From NCBI RefSeq assembly GCF_035084215.1, contig NC_090343.1, positions 25,048,001 to 25,112,000 on the forward strand: a DNA stretch of 64,000 nt. Direction: 5' to 3'. Both the position numbers and the translations under genes were made by a program. Positions 53,842 to 64,000 of this stretch are shown piece by piece. The stretch comes from Heptranchias perlo. Taxonomy: Eukaryota. Position 1 is the first letter of the stretch, and each line of letters begins with the position of its first letter. Under the pieces are notes generated by a model that saw nothing but the letters and a program-made list of their open reading frames with translations, was not told the DNA's origin and made no database searches.

Positions 53842-54131
53842 TCTAAGGTGATCGGCAAAAGAACCAAAGGTGACATGAGGAAAAACTTCTTCACATAACG
53901 AGTGGTTAGGATCTGAAATGAACTGCCCGAGGGGGTGGTGGAGGCAGATTCAATCCTGGCCTTCAAGAGGGAACTGGATAAGTACTTGAAAGGAAAAAAT
54001 TTGCTGGGCTACGGGGATAGGGCGGGGGAGTGGGACTAGCTGGAATCCTCTTGCATAGAGCCGGCGCAGACTCGATGGGCCGAATGGCCTCCTTCTGTGC
54101 TGTAACCTTTCCATGATTTTATGATTCTATG
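53842..54131 (+). mobile_element. Short CR1 3' end nested antisense in the long CR1
   Basis: KVIGKRTKGDMRKNFFT, 3' UTR and (atgatt)n tail. The host reads gtcattaatata|tattaaaaaaagcagtgg across it. Confidence 0.85.
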
Positions 54132-55796
54132 ATATATTAAAAAAAGCAGTGGTCCTGGTACCGACCCCTGGGGAACACCACTTCCTCCAGTCTGAAAAAC
54201 AACCGTTCACCACTACTCTCTGTTTGCTGTCCCTTAGCCAATTTCATGTCCATGCTGCCACTTCCCCTTTTATTCCACGGGCTTCAATTTTCCTGACAAG
54301 CCTATCATGTGGCACTTTATCAAACGCCTTTTGAAAGTTTATATACACATCAACCGCATTGCCCTCATCAACCCTCTCTGTTACCTCATCAAAAAACTCA
54401 ATCAAGTTAGTTAAACATAAATTGCCTTTAACAAATCCATGCTGGCTTTCCTTTATTAATCCATATTTGTTCACGTGACTATTAATTTTGTCCCGAATTA
54501 TTGTTTCTAAAAGCTTCCCCACCACCGAGGTTAAACTGACTGGCCTGTAGTTGCTGGGTTTACCCTTACACCCTTTTTTGAACAAGGGAGTAACATTTGC
54601 AATTCTCCAGTCCACCCACATATCTAAGGAGGATTGGAAGATTATGGCCAGCACCTCTGCAATTTTCACCCCTACTTCTCTCAGCAACCTAGGATGCATC
54701 CCATCCAGACCGGGTGACTTATCTACTTTAAGTAGAGCCAGCCTTTCCAGTACCTCCTTTTTATCAATTTTTAACTCATCCAGTATCTCAAGTACCCCCT
54801 CTTTTACTGTGACTTTGGCAGCATCTTCTTCCTTGGTAAATACAGATGCAAAGTACTCATTTAGTACCTCACCCATGCCCTCCGCCTTCATGCATAGATC
54901 TCCTTTTTGGTCCCTAATCGGCCTCACCTTTCCTCTTACCACCTGTTTACTATTTATATGCCTATAGAATACTTTTGGATTCCCTTTTATGTTAGCCGCT
55001 AGTCTATTCTAATACTCTGTCTTTGCCCCTCTTATTTCCTTTTACACTTCTCCTCTGTACTTTCTACATTCAGCCTGGTTCTCACTTGTATTATCAATCT
55101 GATATCTGTCATACACCTTTTTCTGCTGCATCTTACTCTCTATCTCTTTTGTCATCCAGGGAGCTCTGGCTTTGGTCACCCTACCTTTCCCCCTCGTGGG
55201 AATGTATCTAGACTGTACACGAACCATCTCCTCTTTAAAGGCCGCCCATTGTTTGATTACAGTTTCAATGAAGTATTTTTACTCTAGATTGTTCTTTGTC
55301 CTTTTCCATAACTAATCTAAACCTTATGATACTATGATCACTGTTCCCTAAATGTTCCCCCACTGACTCTTGCTCCACTTGACCCACCTCATTCCCCAGA
55401 ACCAGATCTAGCAATGCCTCCTTCCTCGTATGGCCGGATGCATACTGATCAAAAAAGTTCTCCTGAACATACTTCAGAAATTCCTCCCCCTCTTTGTCCT
55501 TTACATTATTACTATTCCAGTCTATATTGGGATAATTGAAGTCTCCCATTATCACTACTCTATAGTTCTTGCACCTCTCTGTAATTTCCCTGAAAATTTG
55601 CTCCTCTATATCCTTCCCATTAGTTGGTGGCCTATAGAATAAGTAATGGTGCCTCTATTGTTTCTTAACTCTAACCAAATAGATTCTGTCCTTGACCCCT
55701 CAAGGACATCCTCTCTCTCCAGCACTGCAATATTCTCCTTAATCAATACTGCCACACCCCTCCTTTTTTTCCTTCCCTATCTTTCCTGAACACCTT

Positions 55797-57296
55797 GGGA
55801 GAAAAATTTGATAGGGCCTATTATTGGGCGTAGGCAGGACTGAGGACGAGAACTTCATCCTGCCTCAGTACTCACCTGCAAGCTGCGTTGAAATCCAAGC
55901 CTTGCATGTCGATTCAATGGAATTCGCACTTTCTACCAGCAGGGGGAGCCCCATCCCTTAAAGGGAGGATTTCTCTTAAAAATCTCTTAAAGGTAGACGG
56001 TACCTGTTACAGGCTAAAAATAACAGTCTGCTATCTGCATGGAGTCTGAACTGAGATCAGACATCACACACGTAAAACACAGATGCAGGTCCATCCCTAT
56101 GTTCACACACTGATGAGTTATGGTAAAACACTGAATAAAGGTTGCACACTACTAAATCCCACATCCTCCAATCTGCATGCTAGACCTCACCATTCTGCTG
56201 ATCTGAATTTGTACCAGGCCTATGCAAGAGGTGGCCAGAAGGAGGGACATCCTAATTCCACGGGGGTTGGGGGGCGGGGGTGGCAAGAGACCCTCCAGAC
56301 CCAAAAGGCAGTGCGAGGCAATAGAGGACGAAGTCAATGCCAGGCACATAGCGCCACAAACATGGATGCAGTGCAGGAAGAAGTTCAATGCTTCGACACG
56401 AGTGGTCAAGGCGAGTGAGATCAACTGTCAAGTGGCATCTCCTACCAACTGCACCATTAGCCCCATCCACTGCTCCATGCACTACACCCCTCCCCCATCA
56501 CCCACATACCAACAAACTCTTTCCATCAGTACTCAACCCTTCCAACGAGATGTTTCCTGCCACACTTACACATTTCCACTGTTGCAAGCCGCCCACCCAC
56601 AACTCACAGGCCATACACACTGGCAGATATTCAACCATGACAGGCATGGACCTGTGACCTAACTCCATATACCTGCCTTAGCCCCATATCCCTTAATACC
56701 CTTGGTTCACAGAAATCTATCAATCTCAGATTTAGAATTCACAATTGAGCTACCATCAACTGCCATTTGCAGAAGAGCGTTCCAAACTTCTCCCACCCTT
56801 TGCATGTAGAAGCGTTTCCCAAATGCACTCCTGCACGGCCTGGCTCTAAATGTTAGGCTATGTCCCCACGTTCTAGTATTCAAGTATAGGAGACCACCAA
56901 AAACAGTTACAAATATACAGCAGCCAGAAGCAATAATCCAGCCACTAACTTGTAAATCCTGCATGGTCCCTTTAAATAGGGCTGGTGGGGGTACCTCCAG
57001 GCACTCTAAGACACGTTCAGAGGTCAGGGTTAAGACTGTGCATTGAGTTGAGCGTTAAGTGCCAAAATTGTGTCAATCACTTTAAATCAGCGTTGCACAC
57101 TGATATTATCCATTTTCTCCTCACTTTACATGCAGCTGGTGTTCGGTATTTGCGCATGTGCTAACTCCTATACCAAGGTGGCACCCGGCGCACGTCACGC
57201 TGGAAACATGCGTGCGCAGCCAAGGTGCTATCTTGGCACCTCGAGAGGCCACTTAGCGCCGAAACAACGGGCGCTACACGGCCCAATTTAGTGCCC
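55797..57296. mobile_element. Non-autonomous Harbinger-like element, ~1.5 kb, with Myb/SANT relic (+) and an internal CR1 tail (~56660-56880, -)
   Basis: The host CR1 reads caccttg|tatccagg across it; duplicated CTT (or TTG). Ends gggagaaaaatttg / rc gggcactaaattgg. QEVARRRDILIP...EAIEDEVNARHIAPQTWMQCRKKFN at 56222-56410. Confidence 0.82.
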
Positions 57297-57714
57297 CTTG
57301 TATCCAGGAATATTTAGTACCCAATCCTGCACTTTTTTGAGCCAGGTCTCCGTTATTGCCACTACATCATATTTCCATGTGGCTATTTGTGCCTGCAGCT
57401 CACCAACCTTCTTTACCATGCTTCGTGCATTTACACGCATGCACTCTAAACCTATCTTACATCATCTTGTATTCTCATAGTCTGATCCCACCCAATACTG
57501 TACTATTTCTTGCTCTAGTGCTATCTGTCTCTCCCAATCCTTTATGCACCTTGTTTCTCCTTTTTAATGCTATATCCTGGTGCCCATCCCCCTGCCAAAT
57601 TAGTTTAAATGAAGTTTAATTTAGTTCAATGTTGAACTACATAGCCATAACAGTAGAATATAAATATATTCAGCCATAAGTGCCAAGTAGACAGTCTCAC
57701 TGAGCCCCTTCCCA

Positions 57715-58970
57715 AGGATCCCCCCATCATAGATGTCAGTGTCCAGCCACATGACATCAAGAAGCGGCTGAGTGCACTGGATACAGCAGAAGCTATGGGC
57801 CACGATAACATCCTGGTTGTAGTGTTGTGCAACAGAACTAGCTACCTCCTTAGTCCAGCTATTCCAGTGCAACAATGACACTGGCTTTTACCCGACCATG
57901 TGGAAAATTGCCCAGCTATGTCCTATCTACAAAAAGCAGGACAAATATAACCCTGCCAATCACTGCCGTATCAGCCTCCCACCAAACATCAGCAAAGTAA
58001 TGGAAGGATCATCATTCGTGTCATCAAATGACACTTACTCACCAATAACCTGCTTGCTCATGCTCAGTTCAGTTTCCTCCAGAATCATGTGTTTCCAGAC
58101 CTTGTCACATCCTTGATACAGACATGGATCCAAGAGTTAAATGTCAGAGGAGAAGTGAGAGTAGTTGCCCTTAGCACTAAGACAGCAATCAAACGTTTAT
58201 GACACCAAGAAGCCCTATCAAAATTGTAGTCAATAAGGGTCAAAGGGAAAACCCTCCAATGGCTGGAATCATATGTCACATAAAGGAATATGATTGTGCT
58301 TGTTGGAAGCCAATCATCACAGCCCCAGGACATTACTGTGGGAGTTATTCTGGAAAGCATTTTGGGTTGACCATCTTCAGATGCTTCATCAATGATCTTC
58401 CTTCTGTCGTAAGCCAGGGGTGGGTCTGGTTCACTGATGATTCCACAGTGTTCAGCTCCACTCACAACTCCTCCAAAAAGAAGCAGCCCTTACCAGCCTA
58501 CAGCAGGACTTGGGGAACATCGGGGCTTAGGCTCACAAGTGGCAGGTAGCATTTCTTGCTCTGTACGTGCCAGGTAATGGCCATCTCCAAAAGAAAAGGC
58601 CCAACCACATCTTCCTGCCTTCAACAACACTAATATCACCAAGTCATCCATTGTCAATAATCTGGGGGTCACCATTGACTAGAAATTTAACTGGACCAGC
58701 AATATCATCACCTTGGCTACAAGAGCAAGACACTGGATACTCTGCGATGAATGGCCCACCTCCTGACCCATCAAAGCCTCTCCACCAATTACAAGCCTTA
58801 AATCAGAAGTGTAATGGAATACTCAACACTCGCCTGGATGGGTACAGCCATATAAAAGACTCAAGAAGCTTGACACCATCCAGGACAGAGTAGCCCAATT
58901 GCATGGTTCTGCTGCCACTGGACTCAATATCCAACCCCTCCACCACCAGTGTATTGTAACTGCAGTATAA
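57715..58970 (+). mobile_element. Older degenerate copy of the poly(A)-tailed CR1-group LINE
   Basis: MWKIAQLCPIYKKQDKYNPANH and TIFRCFINDLPSVV..FTDD; colinear with 19780-21070. Confidence 0.88.
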
Positions 58971-59169
58971 ATGACATTGTTCTGTAATGTAAATGGGTAA
59001 AAACCTATACCTTTACAAGACACATTATGAATTCTGAAGCATAAGTAATATAACAGGATGTTTTGGTTAAAACTTAACCACAAACAAAAAACGAACAACA
59101 AATGAAAGTGGCAAACATGGCTCACCATGCAACTTTTGTTTTAGAGCATGTGCTGTAAGAATGTACTAG

Positions 59170-59880
59170 CCTCTCTGTTCCTGCACCCCCTTTAAATTGT
59201 ACCATTTAATTTATATTGCCTCTCCTCATTTTTCCTACCAAAATGAATCACTTCACACATCTCTGCATTAAATTTCAGCTGCCATGTGTTTGTCCATTTC
59301 ACCAGTGTGTCTATGTCTTCCTGAAGTCTGTTACTATCCTCCTCACTGTTTTCTACATTTCTGAGATTTGTATCATCTGCAAACTTTGAAATTATGCCTT
59401 GTGTACCCAAGTTCAAGTCATTAATATATATCAAAAAGAGCAGTGGTCCCAACACCTACCCCTAGGGGATACCACTGCATACTTCCCTCCAGTCTGAAAA
59501 ACAACCGTTCACCGCTACTCTCTGCTTTCTGTCCCTTAGCCAATTTTGTATCCATGCAGCAACTGCCCCTTTAATCCCATGGCTTCAATTTTGCCAACAA
59601 GTCTATAATGTGGTACTTTATCAAACCCCTTTTGAAAGTCATCAACACAACATCAACTGCACTACCCTCATTAACCATCACCGTTACTCCATCAAAGAAC
59701 TTAACAAATCCATGCTGGCTTTCATTTATTAACCCATATTTTTCCAAGTGCCAATTAATTTTGTCCCAATTAACATCTATAAAAGTTTCCCCACCACCAA
59801 TATTAGGCTAATTGGTGAGTTGCTGAGTTTATCCCTCTCCCCTTTTTTGAACAGGGGTGTGACATTTACAATCCTCCAGC
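59170..59880 (-). mobile_element. CR1 RT fragment
   Basis: LGPLLFLIYINDL..KFADD..FNAEMCEVIHFGRKN. Confidence 0.9.
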
Positions 59881-60014
59881 CCATGAAAACAAAAGCTTGG
59901 GCACATTTGACTTAAATGCATCACAGCACAGATGGACTGTCGATGACCTTGTCTCAGAGTAATTGAAGATAACATTTTGATTAATGATCTTGAGAAATTT
60001 ATGCCTGACATCCT

Positions 60015-60803
60015 AACAACAACAACAACAACTTGCATTTATATAGCATCTTTAATGTAGTTAAACATCCCATGGCGCGTCACAGGAGCGTTATCAAACA
60101 AAATTAGATGCCAAGCCACATAAGGAGATATTAGGACAGGTGACAAAAGCTTGGTGAAAGAGGTAGGATTTAAGGACCGTCCTAAAGGAGGAGAGAGAGG
60201 TAGAGAGGCAGAAAGGTTTAGGGAGGGAATTCCAGAGCTTAGGGCAGTTGAAGGCATGGCCGCCAATGGTGAAGCGATTAAAATCGGGGATGCGCAAGAG
60301 GCAAGAAATCGAGGAGCACAAAGATCTAGAAGGGTTGTAGGGCTGGAGCAAGTTACAGAGATAGGGAGGGGCGAGGTCATGGAGGGATCTGAAAACAAGG
60401 ATCAGAATTTTAAAATCGAGGCGTTCCCGGACCAGGAGCCAATGTAGGTCAGCGAACAGAGGGGTGAAGGGTTAACGGGACTTGGTGCGACTCAGGATAC
60501 AGGCAGCAGAGTTTTGGATGAGCTCAAGTTTATGGAAAGTGGAAGATGGGAGGCCTGCCAGGAGAGCATTGGAATAGTCGAGTCTAGAGGTAACAAAGGC
60601 ATGGATGAGAGTTTCAGCAGCAGATGAACTGAGGCAGGGGTGGAGACGGGTGATGTTATGGAGGTGGAAGTAGGCAGTCTTGGTGATGGACCGGATATGT
60701 GGTCGGAAGCTCATCTCAGGGTCAAATAGTTCACCAAGGTTGCGAACAGTCTTGTTCAGCCTCAGACTTGACCAGAGAGAGGGATGGAGTCGATGGCTAG
60801 GGA
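60015..60803 (-). mobile_element. L2 LINE 3' fragment
   Basis: SFRPHIRSITKTAYFHL..AETLIHAFVTSRLDYSNALLAGLP..LIQNSAA and KLWNSLP; (TTG)n tail. Confidence 0.92.
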
Positions 60804-61672
60804 ACGGATTTTGCGGCGGGAACCAAACCCCATTTAATCAGTACTATAGACACTGTTGTGATGATTTTCCTGTAATTTCTTGTGGAGATACTTTCCTGCC
60901 AACTGTTCCCCACATTATCCCTCATTTCTTATAATATGAACTCAAACCAAACCAATGAAAGGCCAGTAACCCAACTGAACTTTGGTGACTTGAGTTTTCA
61001 GCCTTTTCATACTCAACTCTACTAAAATGTTGACACTCTCATAATTAAATGAAATACAGGTAGATAGAACTCCACTCCAATATGGCACATTCACACAACT
61101 TTTACCTTACCTGATGCAGATGTTGATGGTGAATTGATTTAAGATCTACTTTCTTGCAAAACTGTTGTTTTCCATCTAGTGTTGCACAAAGCAATTACAA
61201 TACAAAATGTGTATTTAATTTTTTGCAGTCATAACCTGCATCAGTGGACATTTTTAGTCCTTTTCAGCTAGTTATTATGTATAGAAAAATAGATATAATA
61301 AATTGTGTTCCCACCTCATTAGTGTATCAGAAATGAACAGCTCATCACTCAGGAATAGTCATGCCGAATGGGAGACTTTTCCGTGGCAGTAGGAACAAAT
61401 AGTTTGAGTAAAACCAAGTCAGAAGTTGAGAATATCGGAAATAACAATTGCGGGTCTTCTATAACAGGTGGGCAATCCGCTCTGCCAGTTTACCGCCCAA
61501 GTGGCGAAGATGACAATTACCCCCAGTAAGCATGAAATTCAAAGCACTGCTGCAATAATTATAAAGGCTGTGGCAATGTAAAGGGCTGCAACAGCCATTT
61601 AAAGGGCCTCCTTTTGCTATAAATAGAAGGGAAGGAGATTAAAGTCTTATACTATTCCTGTTCAATCGTAGG

Positions 61673-61866
61673 ATGGAGGCATCACAAGGACACATTACAG
61701 ATAGTGACCTGGAGGTGCTATGCTACAGTGAGGCAAAAGGGCATTGCTCTGGTTGACAATCAAGGGTACCCACGCCAGAGAAGAGATCTATCATGAGGCA
61801 GCTGATAGTGTAATTGTTCTCTGCACGTGTGGAAGAAGATTGCAGACTTGAGGAAAAGTGTCAAGG
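61673..61866 (+). pseudogene. Highly degenerate Myb/SANT-like relic (probably Harbinger)
   Basis: With frameshifts: ITDSDLEVL/TVRQKGIAL.../YHEAADSV.../KKIADLRKSVK. Confidence 0.45.
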
Positions 61867-62156
61867 AAATGCTACATACAACAAATATCTGCCCCAAGTA
61901 TACATGCCACAAAGTATATCCTCAGTGCCCATTACTCTTGTACTTCTCAACCTTCAACCTTACAGCCTTTCAGTGTTTAGCAAAGCATGACCATGAAGTA
62001 GCATTGTATACAAGCTGCAACTTACATCTGAAACTTTTGTCACACTTAAGGAGTTTCAAATAGCAAATGCTTCCAAAATACCGTAGCTGTATAATGCATG
62101 TTCATTTAGTGACACACAGGGTGGGCTCCAGGATGAGCACATATCAGTCACATCTT

Positions 62157-63882
62157 TTATAAATATATAAAAAGTTGAAGGATAGTTAAAGGAATGGTGG
62201 GGCCGATTAGGGACAATAAAGGGAATCTTCTTGTGGAGGCAAAGGGCATGACTGAATACTTTGCATGGGTCTTCACAAAAGAAGAGGATGAAGTTAATGT
62301 CGCAGTAGAGGGGGAGGGAGTAGAGATATTGGATAGGATGAAAATAGATAGAAAGGAGGTGCTAAATAGGTTGGCATCACTCAAAGTTAGCAAGTCACCC
62401 GGTCCAGATGGGATGCATCCTAGGTTACTGAGAGAAGCAAGGGTGGAGATAGAAGAAGCTCTGATCCACCTTGGATATGGGAGTGGTGCAAGAGGACTGG
62501 AGGATTGCAAATGTTACAACCCTATTGAAAAAGAGGAGAGGGATAAACCTGGTAACTACAGGTTTAACATCAGTGATGAGAAAACTACTAGAGACCATTG
62601 TCAAGGACAAAATTAATTCTCACTCGGAGAAGCATAAGTTAATAAGGTACAGCCAGCACGAATTTGTTAAAGGCAAATCATGTCTGATTAACCTGATTGA
62701 GTTCTTTGATGAAGTAACAGGGTTGATGAAGGTAGTGCAGTAGATATTGTATATGTGGACTTTCAAAAGGCAATTGATAAAGTACCACATAACAGAATAA
62801 ACAGAAAATAGAAGCACATAGGAGTAAAAGGACGGTGGTAACTTGTGTACGTAATTGGCCAGGAGATAGCAAGCAGAGAGTAGTGGTGAATGGATGCTTT
62901 CTAACTGGAGAGAAGTGTGAAGGGGGTCCTCCAGGGGTTGGTATTAGAACCCTTGCTTTTCTTGTTATACGTAAATGACTTGGACTTGGGGAGTACAATT
63001 TCAAAGATTGCGGATGATATAAAACTTGGCAGTAAATAGTGAGGAGGATAGCAGCAGACTTCAGGAGGACATAGACAGACGGGTGAAATGGGCAGACACA
63101 TAGCAGATGAAATTTAATGGGGATAAGTGTGAAGTGATGCACTTTGGGAGGAACAACATGGAGAGGCAGTATAATCTAAATGGTACTATTTTGAGAGGAA
63201 CCTGGGGTGCATATTCACAAATCTTTTAAGGTGGCAGGGCAAGTTGATAAGGAGGTTAAGAAAGCATATGCGATACTTGGCTTTGTAAATAGGGGCATTG
63301 AATACAAAAACAAGAAAGTCATGCTAAACCTTTACAAATCACTGGTTGGGCCTCAGCTGGAGTATTGTGTACAATTCTGGGAACCATACTTTAGGAAGGA
63401 TGTCAAGGCCTTGGAGCCGGTACAGAGGAGGTTTACCAGGATGATACCAGGGATAGGGGACTTCAGTTATGTGGAGACATTGAAGGAGCTGGGACTGTTC
63501 TCCTTAAAGCAGAGAAGGTTAAGGGGAGACTTAATAGAGGTGTTCAAAATTATAAAGAGTTTTGATGGAGCAACTGTTTCCTCTGGCAAGTGGTCGGTAA
63601 CCAGAGGTCGTAGATTTAAAATAATTGGCAAAAGAACTAGAGTGGAAATGAGGAGAAATTTTTTCACTCAGAGGGTTGTTAAGATCTGGAATGCACTACC
63701 TGAAAGGGCAGTGGAAGTAGATTCCGTAGGAACTTTCAAAAGGCAATTGGACATGTACTTGAAAAGAACTAATTTGCAGAGTTATGGAGAAAAAGCTGGG
63801 GTGTGTGACAGCTCTTTCGAAGAGCCGGCACAAGTACGATGGGCCGAATGGCCTCCTTCTGTGCTATAACATTCTATGATTC
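62157..63882 (+). mobile_element. CR1 LINE ORF2 fragment with 3' end
   Basis: KSPGPDGMHPRLL, KSCLINLIEFF, LEYCVQFW..VQRRFTRMIPG..RGDLIEVFK; attctatg tail. Confidence 0.93.
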
Positions 63883-64000
63883 TACATCGCAAAACTACTT
63901 TTATACTTGCAGGACAAGATGACACATAATAAAAGCAAACAGGTCCAAACTGGGGGAAGGCCCAGAAATTACAAACTCTTGGCTCCATTTAAGGGGCCCT

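Larger units (their letters stand above)
50853..57610 (-). mobile_element. Long CR1 LINE (nearly whole ORF2: endonuclease + RT + 3' end), interrupted by three insertions
   Basis: CVNARSMVKKVGEL..AITETWL (~57440-57340), IMGDFNYP..LDLVLGNE..SDH, NYRPVSLTS, NFQKAFDKVPH; 3' end at ~50853. The sequence is contiguous across the inserts at 51374, 53842 and 55797. Confidence 0.92.

Noticed and set aside
42004-56662. Domesticated host genes (HARBI1, NAIF1, MSANTD-type)
   Set aside because: The ORFs are frameshifted or truncated and sit between TIRs with 3-bp TSDs, two of them inside a LINE.
23000-64000. Exons of a downstream neighbour such as kcnb1 (adjacent to PTGIS in human)
   Set aside because: No Kv-channel or other recognisable host coding sequence seen. 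Short exons could have been missed.

Overview
Eukaryotic (vertebrate) genomic DNA; the repeat content suggests a cartilaginous fish such as a shark (inference). Bases 200-22979 carry the last seven coding exons (+ strand) of a spliced cytochrome P450 that I read as prostacyclin synthase (ptgis/CYP8A1). All seven exons have AG/GT boundaries and splice in frame to a TAG at 22977-22979; the 5' exons lie outside the window. The introns and the ~41 kb downstream contain no other host gene I can recognise. They are filled with CR1 and L2 LINE fragments, a second poly(A)-tailed CR1-group LINE lineage, tRNA-derived SINEs (DeuSINE/SacSINE-like, an LF-SINE-like copy, an unnamed family), and a dense set of PIF/Harbinger DNA-transposon derivatives. 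The Harbinger set includes MITEs with 3-bp target-site duplications (TSDs), three 1.5-3.3 kb non-autonomous elements, and older Myb/SANT and transposase relics. The most unexplained structure is a perfect 174-bp direct repeat (46101-46274 = 47351-47524) around a 1076-bp segment, starting inside the TSD of a Harbinger-type MITE. Nearly all ORF-track entries are TE fragments or noise. Repeat family names rest on recalled consensus similarity and need Dfam/Repbase confirmation. I found no clear evidence of a new biological system.
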